Positions 1 to 12,516 of a DNA stretch of 64,000 nucleotides are shown here, one piece after another. The DNA lies in NCBI RefSeq assembly GCF_009914755.1, contig NC_060931.1, one strand, 5' to 3'. How positions within the stretch are numbered: position 1 is the first letter of the stretch; the number at the start of each line of letters is the position of its first letter. Origin of the DNA: the human T2T-CHM13v2.0 reference genome, Homo sapiens. The notes beneath the pieces were generated by a model. The model saw only the letters and a list, made by a program, of their open reading frames with translations. It searched no databases and was not told the origin of the DNA. The translations under genes were made by a program, and so were the position numbers.

Positions 1-10
1 TGTAACAAAT

Positions 11-84
11 TCACAATTATGTGTGCAATTATATGTACAACTATTTGTACAGAATTATGTATACAATTACTCACAATTATGTGT
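11..84. repeat. Degenerate ~12-bp tandem repeat (ACAATTATGTGT-like)
   Basis: About 6 imperfect units; TCACAATTATGTGT occurs exactly at 11-24 and 71-84. Confidence 0.7.
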
Positions 85-568
85 AGAGAAAACTATCATG
101 GCAGCCCCAAGACATGCCTAAAAAACAACAACAAAATAAAAACGGTAATAACTGTATTCTAGGGATTGATATGTGTTTTATACAGGAAATTATGTTTCCA
201 CTTCTACTATCTGCCCTTTTATATCTAACACTGCTTTTCTTATTGGAAACCCGTTTCTCTGAAAATCAGCTACTATAGCTATCACAGGCTGAGATTTAAT
301 TTGCATTGATCATGAATAAAGGCACATTTCCCTTCCCTCCCACTGTTTTTAACTGCAAACAATGTACTGTTTTCAACTCTAAGTAATTTGTTTTTCTCTT
401 CTTAATGAAGAAGTCATATTAACTCTTCTGATTTGAAGGTTTTCCTTCTTGAGGAGCAACAGAAATGAAAATTGACCCCAGTCCTCAGGCCTAAGGGCAA
501 AAATAAATACAAGTGCCTGGAACCAAATCCAATGGCCCTACAAGGAACAAGTGTACTTTCTTGTACAC

Positions 569-631
569 CTCTCTCTCATATTATCTATCTCTCTCTTTGT
601 CTTTCTCTCTCTCTATCTTTCTCTCAGTCTC
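569..631. repeat. CT-rich low-complexity/(TC)n tract
   Basis: Interrupted TC dinucleotide run. Confidence 0.7.
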
Positions 632-1989
632 GTTTTCACATGATTCAGTTTGTGGGGAAAGACAATATGCTTCATTTAGGCAGATTTCACTGTTCTTTTC
701 ATCTAAGAGGCTGGCAGAGAAGGTCAAAATCTAAGAGGACAAGATGGTATAGTTATATGTGGCCAATGGTAATACATGCTGTATAGGCCAAATAGAAATT
801 TTTCTAATGATTGGCAAGACTGATTTAGTAAGCCAAACTCCCCCTAGTGCCTGGATAGAAGCTCATGAGAGCCTCATGGAAGCAACCAGGAAATAATTCT
901 CCTCTTTTCAGTGATGAGGAAATTAATGTCCAAGAAGATTTACAACTCAAACAGGAATCTGTACTCCCAGTTCAGTTTTCCATCTCTTGAGTTAACCTGC
1001 CATCAGTCAAGAAGCCACCATTCTAAGAATGAATTTAAATATGCAGAATATCCAAAATCACTCCGAGTGATTGTTGGTTTAGATCATTACCATATATCAT
1101 TACACAATATTTACTGATGACAGAAAACAGAAAAGGCAGAGAAACCAAAATACCAGCCAAACAAAAGAAGGACATGCAGTCAGTGATTGCATTCTCACCT
1201 CATATTTAGATGCTCAGAAGCTCAGCAATAAGCAAGCATGCACCTTAGGCTAGAAGCAGTAGCAACAACACACATTTACAAATTATGAAAAGAGCAAAAT
1301 GCTCAGTCTGCACTGTTCAGCACAAAGAATTCCCAAAAGCTTCAGAGACATGTCCTTTTAATGAGAAACAATAGTTTTCAACCAGATGCTCCTCATCATT
1401 AAGAACACTTTAGCACCAGAAACAGGCACAAAAGGGGGCTACAAACCTAGCACTTTCAAAATAAAGACCTCTGTGGACAAGTGCACCTATTAATATAAAT
1501 GATTTTGAACAGATTCAGCTTCTGCTCCAAGTCTATCAATTAACAGGAATAAAAATTATATTTCTATGCCATTCCATGAAAAAACAAGACATGAGGCATA
1601 TCTGGAGACACCTAATTTTCTAACTGGGATCATATCTGTTGCATGACTATTAAAACAAAAAATATTCCCTTGAAAATACTGACACCTCTTAGCTTGATTT
1701 TACACTAGAGATAAAACGGCTAACATTCTTCAGATTTGCGGCTATTTTACTATTGAACAGGAGTAGCATAAATATGATTCCATTTAATAATAGAAATGAG
1801 AACATGAGCTTCCTAGTAAAGTTGCCATGAAAGAAACCTGAGTAAATGAACTAATAATACCACACTGTACTGATAGTTTTTCTCTCTTCATATTGTCTTC
1901 AAGAAATGGCAGTTTAATTGATACTTACCTATGAAATTGAAATCAAAATAAGTGTAATAATAATAAAGTATCATCTATCTACAATAATA

Positions 1990-2213
1990 TCAAGGAATTT
2001 GACGTTAGACTGCGTTAAGTTAAAATTTCAGCTCTGCTACATGACCTTGAATATGCTACTTAACCTCTCTAAACCTCTGCTTTCTCATCTTTGAAGTGGG
2101 GACAGTAAAACGGTCCACATCATGGAGTTGTTGTGCAGATTAAATTAAGTAATCCCCATGCAGCCCTTAAGGTAGGCTCTGGCATTTCATAAGCCCTCAA
2201 TATGTGAACTATT
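1990..2213 (+). mobile_element. MIR SINE
   Basis: MIR core GACCTTG..CTTAACCTCTCT..TTTCTCATCT..GTTGTG..GATTAAAT. Confidence 0.75.
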
Positions 2214-3511
2214 TTTCTTAACACCTATAATTTAAAGGCATCTTAGGAGAATTTGAGAACTGTCATCCAGGAATTTCACAAGGAATTTTACATTTGGGAA
2301 TTGTGCTAGGTATTTTAAATATGTCCATAATATTTTTTAAAAATCGAATTCACTGTCTAAGCTATTTTTCCATGGATGTGCATTAATGCAAATTAGGCAG
2401 AATGACTTTTCCCAGTTATAATTGGGCTGAAATGAGGTGGAAGGAACAGAAAGACAATTAACTTTAGCTACTTTTTTTTAATCTCCAGCAGTTCGGAGTA
2501 GGTTTTACTGCCTGATGGTTGTAGACTGTCAATGCTGCCAGGCGAAATTATTCAGAGACCTTCAAGGGGCTTTGTTTATCTCATTTTTCAATTAACCTCT
2601 GCGTTTTAACTTCATCATAATGCGTATGCCAATTCACACCAAAGAACAAATAAAAAATCCCCATTTGCTGTCATTATTTCTGTGCTTTACAAATCAAGTT
2701 TTATTTTTTCATTTTAATGCATAAAGAAAATACATGGAGGATGTAAAATTTAGGTTGCAAAAAAACCGGCAAAGTGGCAAATGATTTAATACAAATTAAC
2801 TTTTGTATTAAGCTATTTCCCTTTCTTTTCTTTTTCTTTTTTCTTCACGTGAGGCAACAGTGAAGTTTAGCACTGCTGAGAGCAAAGATCAAAGTGTGCT
2901 TGAAGACCGGGATTGCTGTTTTCATCTTAGTTTGAGATTTCAGGGCCTACATCACTACACATATGATGAGATGAGGATCAGTTTTTCTCTTCCTAGAGCA
3001 TCAATGTCAGTAGACGTAAATCTTAATCTGCATATCTCTTTCAAATATATGTTAATAGGACTAAAACACCTCACCTTTATTTTTATTAAGTCAGTACCAA
3101 GAAATAAACTGCTTTTTGAAAAGCACGTCCAGATTTTTTTACATCATTTAAAATAGCATTGAGATGTTAATCCTTAAATTGAAAAAAATCTCATCCAGAC
3201 AATTAAAATCCCTTTGTAAAAAGTGCCAGCTGATGCAGATAATACACATCACTTTCTATTTTACTGCCCAGGAAAGAAAAAATATATAAAATTTGGTATG
3301 TTTCCTACATTTAAAAATCTTTAGAAGCATAAAATATGTTTAAAATGAGTAAGACTTTAGTGCCAAATATTATTTAGTCTATGATATTGAATGTCTAATG
3401 GGTTAATTATGTAAGATTTGTGCTAATCCGGCTATTTGAAAGCATTGAGGAAAAGACACAATCAAGAATGTGGGGTAAAGGTGCTTTTCAATGGACAATA
3501 GATGTCAACAT

Positions 3512-3838
3512 TGTCTTAGTCTGCTGGGGCTGCTACAACAAAATACCAAAGAACTAGGTGTATTAAACAACAGAAATTTATTTCTCACAATTCTTGAGGC
3601 TGAGAAGTTCCACAGTGTGGGTGCTGGAAGATGTGGTTCCTGGTGAGGGTCTTCCTGGCTTGTAGGAAATTCTCCTTCTCTTCCTCTTCTTTTAAGAGCA
3701 TTAATCCTATCATGAGGATCCCACCCTCATGACCTAATTAAAACCTAATCATCCCCAAAACTCCTCCTCCAAATAACGTCACACTGAAGGCTAGAGCTTC
3801 AATGTGTGAATTTGGAGGGGACAGAAACAGGCAGTACA
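3512..3838 (-). mobile_element. MaLR solo LTR, MLT1A-like
   Basis: TGTCTTAGTCTGCTGGGGCTGCTACAACAAAATACC..AACAACAGAAATTTATTTCTCACA signature. Confidence 0.75.
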
Positions 3839-3963
3839 AATTGGGGAAGCAATATGAAAATTATCCAGTGGGTAAAAATTAAAATATGAGTGTCTGGGGG
3901 TGACCAGGTAAACATGACCTGACAAGTGTGACTATTTCTTTCTGAGAATAAATATTGATGGGA

Positions 3964-4239
3964 GGCCCAGATGTGGTGGCTCACGTCTGTAATCCCAGCA
4001 CTTTGGGAGGCCAAGGCGGGTGGATTACTGGAAGCCAGGAGTTTGAGACCAGCCTGGCCAACATGGCGAAACCCTGTCTCTACTAAAAATACAAAAACAT
4101 TAGCCAGGCATGGTGGCACACACCTGTAATCCCAGCTTCTTGGGAGGCTGAGCCACAAGAACTGCTTCAACCCAGGAGGCAGAGGTTGCAGGAGCCAAGA
4201 TCACACCACTGCACTCCAGCCTGGGTGACAGAATGAGAC

Positions 4240-4246
<7 letters not shown>
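3964..4246 (+). mobile_element. Alu (old S/J type); A-tail replaced by microsatellite
   Basis: Full dimer with TACTAAAAATACAAAAA linker; runs directly into (TCTG)n. Confidence 0.95.
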
Positions 4247-4282
<36 letters not shown>

Positions 4283-4380
4283 TTCTCTCTCTTTCTCTTT
4301 CCCTCTCTCTCTCTCTCTCTCTCTCACATACACACACACACAAAATATGTGTGTGTGTGTGCATGTGTGTGTGTGTATGT
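4240..4380. repeat. Compound microsatellite (TCTG)n(TC)n(CA)n..(TG)n
   Basis: Directly visible. Confidence 0.95.
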
Positions 4381-5792
4381 ACCATGTGGGACTAAGAAAT
4401 TTCTTAATTATTTGCAAATCTCCTGCACTTAAATTATTTCTTTTTTCTCCAGTGACTGAAATAAAGAGTCAATTCATATTTTCACTGACCCAAGTCATGA
4501 GGTGACCTTGGAGCTCCCCGTGAACCAGCCCTGAGCCCTGACCTGAATGGATCACATCTCCATATGGGAAGTGAAATAGAAAGTCATTACAATGTTTTTC
4601 CTTTCAAGACATCAAACTGAAGCCAACATTTCAATATTTTTGCTTTGTCACTCTACATACCATTAAAGTAAGAGCTGGTCTGACTTTATCAATATTTCTT
4701 GTAGGACACTGAAACAACTATCAGTCAATAACACATTTTGATCATTTCAGGCCTGGGTTGAATATAAACCTGATGTGTAAAACTTACCAAATAAAACTCT
4801 TTATCTCTATATATTTGTGCCTATGAGCTAGACAGAAAAGAATTTATTTCATTCTTTGAAAGAAAAATGAAGCACCGCATAATCATACTAAATAAAGAAT
4901 ACATTTAATTTCAAAAGAAAAAAGAACTGAAAATTAGAAATGTAATTATAACAAATAAATATTGCAAAAGCCTGGGTAACCTCTTAAAAATATAAAATGT
5001 TGAAAACACAACACTAATTCAGAAAAAAATGTTCTGCATTCAAAAATGGTTAGCCTCCAGATCCTATACTTTAAAAGAATCATGAATTGTAACAGCAGTA
5101 GCCCCAAGGAAATTAATACAGCACTCTCTTTCATCTTTCTGGAGTTAACAAATTTTTCCTAACTTGTACAATTCAACTTATAACTGGGTCTAGTCAGAAA
5201 GATGTGCCAACTTCTGTGAAAATGTGTCTGAGCATATATGATGTCACAAAGTTTCCATTTGTTTCGAGACAGAGTGGCTGCCAAGGGATTATAAACTGTT
5301 CAGTCATGAATACTACAGATCTCACTTTCTAGATCACTGGACCCAGAGATGTGACCCACAGAGAATGATGAGGGTAGAAAAACAGAGACTCAACAACATT
5401 CTGGATGACATCAAACATTCTAGAATGGGAAAAGCCATCATTTCATCACTTGCAAAAAAAAAAAGTATAGGAAAAAACACACTTAACTTCATGTTATACT
5501 TCAGAAATATAAATATTTATTATTGACATAATTGATAGTATTTTTGGGTTTTAAGGGTACATGGAAAGTTGGCCAATCACAGAGAAAGGTTTCATGCTTC
5601 CCAAAATTGGTATACAGACATTTCAATGATATGTTTTAACAAATCATTTGGTTTTGAACAAAGCCAAAAATATGAATACATATTCCTCCATCCAAATATT
5701 CATTGATTTCCAAGGAAGTATTTTTACAGATTCATATAGTTTTCTAATTCTTGCCATGTACAGTTAGTGTGAAATTTTATAATAAAAGTATT

Positions 5793-6120
5793 TGTCTTCA
5801 TCTGCTTTCTGCTGCTATAACAGAATACCACAAACTGAGTAATTCAGAAAGAAAAGAGATTTATTTGGCTCATAGTTCTGGAGGCTAGGAGGTCCAAGAG
5901 CATGGTGCCAGCCTCTGACTAGGATCATCCCATGGTGGAATGCAAAAGGCAGAGGTAAGCAAGGGAGACAAAGAGAAAAGAGGGTCCAGACTCTCTTAGT
6001 AACTAACCAACTCCCACAGGAATAGCATTAATTGCCTCCTAAAAGTCCCACTTCTCAACACTGTTACAATGGCAATTAAATTTCAACATGAGTTTTAGAG
6101 GGGACATTTAAACGATAGCA
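5793..6120 (-). mobile_element. MaLR solo LTR, MST family (MSTC/MSTD-like)
   Basis: TG...CA termini, MST motifs, 5-bp TSD GTATT at 5788-5792 and 6121-6125. Confidence 0.85.
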
Positions 6121-6638
6121 GTATTTCCATTGATAAATATAATGGTTCATATAAATATCCATCTAAAAATTTGTTTCATATTCCATATACAAACATTCTC
6201 ATTAAAATAAGTTTCATGTTTCAATCACCCCAGCAGGGCACTGAAGAAGATGAAAAGAGAGCCTGATAATTAAAAGTGTGATTTCATAGTAAATTTCAAT
6301 AGGTCTTCCAAAAGGATTATAGCATTGACTTCTAAGCTTCCTCTTAACATATACTGACAGTGATTTAGCAAACCCAAGACTGTTTTAAGAATTATCAGAA
6401 TTAAAAAACAGAAAACAAAAGAGTAAATTCATCAGGCTTACCAACATAAATGTGCAAAGTAAATTCTTATATGACTACCATTGGAATTTAACCAATAATG
6501 TATATGCAAGATATTATCAGAACTATGCAGATTAATTTTTTTATTCATAATGACAAATACAACAGATACAATTCTACTCAACTGTGCTCACCTAAGAGGC
6601 ATGATGAGTAATAAAGACAACTGCTGATAACATTTATT

Positions 6639-6680
6639 GTTTTAGTTTTTTGAGTTTGGGGTTTTTTGTTGTTGTTGTTT
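6639..6680 (-). mobile_element. Orphan poly(A) retro-insertion (T-rich tract with 17-bp TSD)
   Basis: TGCTGATAACATTTATT (6622-6638) and TGCTGGTAACATTTATT (6681-6697) flank a degenerate poly-T. Confidence 0.65.
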
Positions 6681-7171
6681 TGCTGGTAACATTTATTAAA
6701 ATGAATACTTTTTCACTCAGTGCCATATCATTTCTCAAGTCACTGACTTTTGCAATATACGTTTTTGTTTCTCCCAATTTTATTAAACCTCATTTTATTT
6801 AAGAGACAATAAATGGGTCAATAAGAAATGGCTCATAGATGTAAATCAACACTTACTGTACAGTTGCAACCAGATTTATAAGTAAATCCTTACAATGTCC
6901 TATAATTCTTTAGGGTGATAATGGTCTACACAGAGTTCTGTAGAGCTTAAAGCAGAAATTGAACTCATCAGAAAGGAGTCAAGGCACACTGGGAGCCATG
7001 TGGAAAAGTGAAAGGACTTCACTCAAAGACAGGTAATAAGAGGATTTTCTTCAAGAGAACTACCACATGTCATCTAATATATGATGCCCTCAGGGCTAAC
7101 ATACACTATTACTTTATACATAAAGTAATGTGTTTCTATTTCTACTAAACAGAAATATATTAAATCTATTA

Positions 7172-7545
<374 letters not shown>

Positions 7546-8899
7546 CTATTTCAGAGTCAGCAAAATGTGAAAAATATTAATCACAGTGTCATTTGTGTGA
7601 GGCATAGATGAGGGGCAATTATTGGAAGAGCTTAAAGATGTAAAGTTTGTGTATCAAAAAACAAAATTTACAAACAACAAAGCATAGGAGGTAGGCAAAG
7701 GGATTAGCGGTGTATATACCTGTTTGGGGATGAAGGAGAGAAGACAAGTCCCAGAGATTTTGAGGATGCGATTAAAAGTCAGAGTAGGTCATGTGGATGC
7801 TCTTGCATATTAAGAGGCATCACAGGGTAGGAAGGAGAGTAAGCATGGAGGTAATGATGTAACCTCACATTCTTATTGGAACACTGGGCTAAAGTTCTTT
7901 TTGTACCAGGCCAGGCTGGAATGTCTGGCCCAGGTTTAATAATTCCCACAGGCTTTCAATAGCCTGAAGTTGTAGAACCCAGCACAAGTTAAGATGCAGG
8001 GGTCACCATCCTGATGACTGTCTTAATTTGTGTCTGTCCATGGTCTTTGTTAAGATTTCAAAGAAAACATAGGTAGTGAGCTGCCATAGAAGTTGTATAT
8101 CTCTGGGTGCAGAGATTCATTCATATGCTAAATGTTTAAGTAAACATTATATTAAAGTGTTAGCAATAAAATCTTTCCTCTTTAATATTCATTCAAAGTT
8201 CCCACTGACCTTAAAGTAGAATTAAATACAGCACAGCTGTCCTGAGAGAATTAATCATTTCTTTATCACTAGTCAGGAATCATTTTCCCAAATGCCAACT
8301 CTTGCCCTCTAATAATTCACTTCTACCTGCTGTGGATCCGTGGTTGTGTGCCCAAGCTCTCTCCTTGACCTCAGCAGAATGAGTTGGCTGCAGTGCAGGC
8401 TGTCCTTGAAGACCACCTGGGAGCCTCAGGTTGTGCCCAATGCGGCAGCCTGTCAGAAACGGTCTACTGCCAGCGCAGAGCAGGGAACACCTGTGCCTCA
8501 CAGTCTGCACTGGCCACTCTTCCACTCCCAAGTGTCTTTTAAGATACAGGTCAAGACTTTCTCCAATCATAATTTACGTAGTGATATTTCTCAGTTCATC
8601 TTGTCCCCACTGCACCATCAATGTGGAGTGAGGATTTCGGAATTGAGTGAAGGAAATAAAACATTAGGGCACAAGTCAAGCTTTCTTTAGTTCCCAAAGT
8701 ACCATTTGTATGACTAGAATTTTGTTCTCTGACCCTACAACCCGCAGTATCCCACTTGTTATAAAAGTGTCCCCAAACATACATACACACAACCTATGCA
8801 TGCACACCATATAAACAATTTATCTTGTACCACATCTGGTATAATTGAGCTGATTGAGACTGAACAACCAATTCCACAAATATTTCTTTAGTTTTCAAT

Positions 8900-8985
8900 T
8901 TGTACTTGGCACTGTGCTAGATGCTGGGGCTAAAGACATGATCCCTGCCTTCAAGTAGGTCACATTCTAAAGGGAAAGACAAACC
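8900..8985 (-). mobile_element. L2 3' fragment
   Basis: GGCACTGTGCTAGATGCTGGGG..ATCCCTGCCTTCAAG..CACATTCTA motif. Confidence 0.6.
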
Positions 8986-9017
8986 ACAGTTTCTTATATT
9001 TAATAAAACATAAAGCA

Positions 9018-9245
9018 TAGTACCTGATAGATAGTTGTTTAACCCACCTCCCTTCCCTCCACCCACTAGTAGTTCACAGTATCTATTGTTCCCATATTTA
9101 TGTCCATGTGTGCTCAATGCTTAGCTCACTACCAGGGTGGTGGGATCCTTACTCCAAACCTCGGCATCATGAAACATTCCTATGTAAGAAATCTGCTCAT
9201 GTACTCCCGTATCAAAAATAAAAGCTGAAATTTTTCTGGGAAAAA
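9018..9245 (+). mobile_element. Short L1PB-like 3' end with 5' inversion (twin priming)
   Basis: 9018-9127 is reverse-complemented L1 3'UTR and 9124-9245 is sense 3'UTR plus A-tail; TSD AAAAC(A/G)TAAAGCA at 9005-9017 and 9246-9258. Confidence 0.85.
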
Positions 9246-10269
9246 AAAACGTAAAGCAGATAAAGAAATGCTAATATCTACAAAATTTTTTTCCCAAGTC
9301 ACACTTTTAAAAGATCTTTCCATTCATCTATTGTCAAAAATAGAGTTCATAAATGGAAGATGTTTCTATTATTCTAAACCTGGTTCAAGACTTCACTCCC
9401 TCACTTTCCTTGATTAATTTCACCTCCACTTACTGTTTCATTTAATGTGAAATCAAGACACCCATTTTCAAAACATCTCAAAAATATTTCTTGCTTTAGA
9501 AATACTTTAATATTTTCCTTTATATTCTGCTCCGAGTAGATTTAAGAAAAGAATCATGCCTGTCATGACGTTTTCTGTATTCCAAGCATAATGAGATCAC
9601 AGTAAATGTCAATTGCCCGGTGATTCTGCTGGATGGTCCCATTTTACCAACTGTGACAGTCACCTACTGGCTTCTCATTTATATGTAAGCAAGAGTTTTT
9701 TGTAAAAACTCCTAGACTTTTGGTAGCACAGCTAAGAAGATTATTAATTGGAAGTTTATTTGGGTGCCTGTATCATGTAAGTGTATTTACTTGTTTCAAA
9801 AATGTGAAGGCTCAGAGCTTAGGTCATTTTTTATTGATATTGCTCAGGTGATATACATAAATCACAATGTTAGGAACAAAATCACCTGTACTTCAGAATT
9901 TCCTTTTTATCTATAGGAGAAGTTTGAATAACGCATAGTACTATTTTTATTCATAGATGCATAAAAATTCAATTGTGTTTTTAAAATCTGACTGGCTAAT
10001 CTTGAGGTATTTATGAGATTATTATGACAAACCACAGTATTTTATTTTAATATAAATACTGCCTCCAAAGTAGTTATTTCATTTTAACTACCACCAATGT
10101 AGGAAATAGGAGTCTGTTTATAAAAAAAAATTTGGTTTTTGTTGAATAGTTTATATGAAACTAGAAAAGTATAATATAAAAACAAATTATTGATTGGCAT
10201 TTGCAAAGTATTTCTAGCTGAGTTTTAAAATTAATAAGGAGCACATTAAGATATTGGATCATTTGAAAA

Positions 10270-10600
10270 ATTGGAGTCAAAAAACCAAAGGCCTGGATTT
10301 CATACCTAATAGTGGTAATGCTTGAATAAGTCATTTAAATTTTCTTGTATGTCAGTCTCCTCGTCTATAAAATGAAGCTGACACTACCCCAATGAACAGG
10401 GTTTTTGTAAGATTTTAAGAACAGAAAACATTTGAGTGCTTAGTATGTATTATCAACCCTTTTAAGCATTTTAGATGTATTAACTCAATTCTCCCAATTA
10501 TACTAAGAGGTAAGTGCTACTATTACCTTCATTTTATCAATGAGAAACCGAAAGCCTTTAAAGGTTAAGTGGCCCACCTCAGGGTACCAGGGCTCTCTTC
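10270..10600. mobile_element. Two adjacent MIR fragments in opposite orientation
   Basis: CAGTCTCCTCGTCTATAAAATG (+) then ATTTTATCAATGAGAAACCGAAAG..GGTTAAGT (-). Confidence 0.55.
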
Positions 10601-10928
10601 CTAACTCACTGCCAGAGAACAAGATTACAGAGTCATAGCCATGAGCTCTGCTTACAGTGCAAAGTAAAGGGCTGAAATCAGCTTAAATGACTTCTCAATC
10701 ATCAATTAAAAGAAACTTGGATAAATAATAGCTTACTTTCCTCTACTGAAATGTGTTTCTAAAGGTATAGTTCCCCTCTTCCTGCTGATTAAAACCACAA
10801 GCAAATGCATGACACAAGTACTCTAAAAGGTAGAATGTCTTTTCTACAACCATTGTAAGAAATATGCAGTTGGTGAAAAGCCAAAATCTAAGAAAAGATA
10901 TCAAATTCATACTATAGAAACACAATTT

Positions 10929-11186
10929 TTTTTTTTTTGAGACAGAGTCTCATTCTGTCACCAGGCTGGAGTGCAATGGCACAATCTCGGCTCACTGCAA
11001 CCTCCTGCCTCCCGAGTAGCTGAGATTACAGGCACGCACCACCACGCCCAGCTAATTTTTGTATTTTTAGTAGGGACGGGGTTACACCATGTTGGCCAAG
11101 ATGGTTTCAATCTCCTGACCTCGTGATCTGCCCACCTCAGCCTCCCAAAGTGCTGGGATTACAAGCATGAGCTACCACGCCCGGCC
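10929..11186 (-). mobile_element. AluSc-like with internal right-arm deletion
   Basis: Poly-T head, GACCTCGTGATC diagnostic, TSD AAACACAATTT at 10918-10928 and 11188-11198; CAACCTCCTGCCTCCCGAGTAGC lacks ~30 nt of consensus. Confidence 0.95.
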
Positions 11187-11936
11187 AAAACACAATTTCT
11201 TTAATACTCTCAGCCTCATATGTTTACGCCTATGAACAGAAAATTGTCAAAATGCATAATAGGGAAATGAAAATTCCAAAAGTATGAAAGAATATTATTC
11301 ATTCTGGGATTAATAAGGTAAATCATTTAGTATGTGTTATTTGCAAACAGACAGAAATTCCAAAAATAAATTCCTCACCCCAGATATTCTCCTTTGTTTT
11401 TAGTAGCTGCTAGAACATGCCCTGAAGATCTCTGTGTAACTAAATATTCCATTCTTGTCTTAGCCAGAGAGGATTTGTCTGCAGTCTCTAAAGTCCTTTT
11501 AGAGAACACCCAGAAAATAATATAAAATAAGGTAAAAAGCATGCAGCACCTGCCACAGAATAAGAGCTTGCCTTGTATGTGCAGTATTGAAGTTGATGAC
11601 TCCTTCTGGCTTCCCAGCCTCTGAATTCTGTATTCATTTTTTTTCAGCTCTCAAGACTAGACATTGCCCTTCCTGAATATACCTCTAGGCCTCTTCTGAC
11701 TAGACCTATTCTCATGCCCCTGTAGCCTAATACACACATAGAGCCTAATAATTTATATGACTCTATTGAGAGGCATGGAATCATGAGATCTGTTTCAGCT
11801 TTGGTGTAAATGATTAAAAAAAAAAAAAAAAGACAGCCCTGAGCCAATTGTGATATGATAGGTAGAGAATAGGGACACGAAATGTTAAAACTAGTGGTTT
11901 CAAGACATAAACCCTAAAGGATAAGAGAAGAAACAT

Positions 11937-12292
11937 TGATATGGTTTGGATGGTTGTCCTCTCCAAATTTCATGTTGAAAAGTAATCTTCAATGTTGGAG
12001 GTGGGGCCTGGTGGGAGATGATTAGCTCATGGGGGTGGATCCCTCACGAATGATTTAGCACAATCCTCTTGGTGATAAGTGAGTTCTCACTCACTTAATG
12101 TGAGATCTCATTTAAAAGTCTACCCCTACACCACCACCTGGCTCTCTTGCTCCCTCTCTCGCCATGCGACATGGCTGCTTCACCTTCACCTTCTGCCATG
12201 ATTGCAAACTTCCTGAGTCCCTCACCAGGGTCACATGCTAAATTACCCAGCCTCAGGTATTTCTTTGTAGCAACACAAGAATGCCTAACACA
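11937..12292 (+). mobile_element. MaLR solo LTR, MSTB-like
   Basis: TGATATGGTTTGGAT...GGAGGTGGGGCCTGGTGGGAG...AATTACCCAGCCTCAGGTATTTC...CTAACACA. Confidence 0.85.
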
Positions 12293-12441
12293 AATACTAT
12301 TTTTTTAACCACACATATTCTGACATTTTGAGTTTTCTTTGGGAAATTGCTGGATAAATCCAGAAATATACTGAAGATATCTCTGTGCTGATTCCCTGTT
12401 CCAAGTATCGTTATTTCCTACCTATTCTGTTTTCCTCTCTG

Positions 12442-12516
12442 GATAGAATACACTTGAGTCTCAACTCAACTCTATACAACTCTACACAACTCTGTACAAC
12501 TCAAGTATATTCTATC
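12442..12516. repeat. 18-bp inverted repeat enclosing 10-bp tandem repeats
   Basis: GATAGAATACACTTGAGT / ACTCAAGTATATTCTATC (17/18); loop has TCTATACAAC TCTACACAAC TCTGTACAAC. Confidence 0.85.

Noticed and set aside
3799-4505. ORFs over the Alu and microsatellite (also 19755-20116, 38697-38903, 47952-48196, 55885-56151, 63184-63450)
   Set aside because: Typical Alu or simple-repeat translations
12460-12500. CRISPR-like repeat array
   Set aside because: Eukaryotic DNA; contiguous 10-bp units with no spacers
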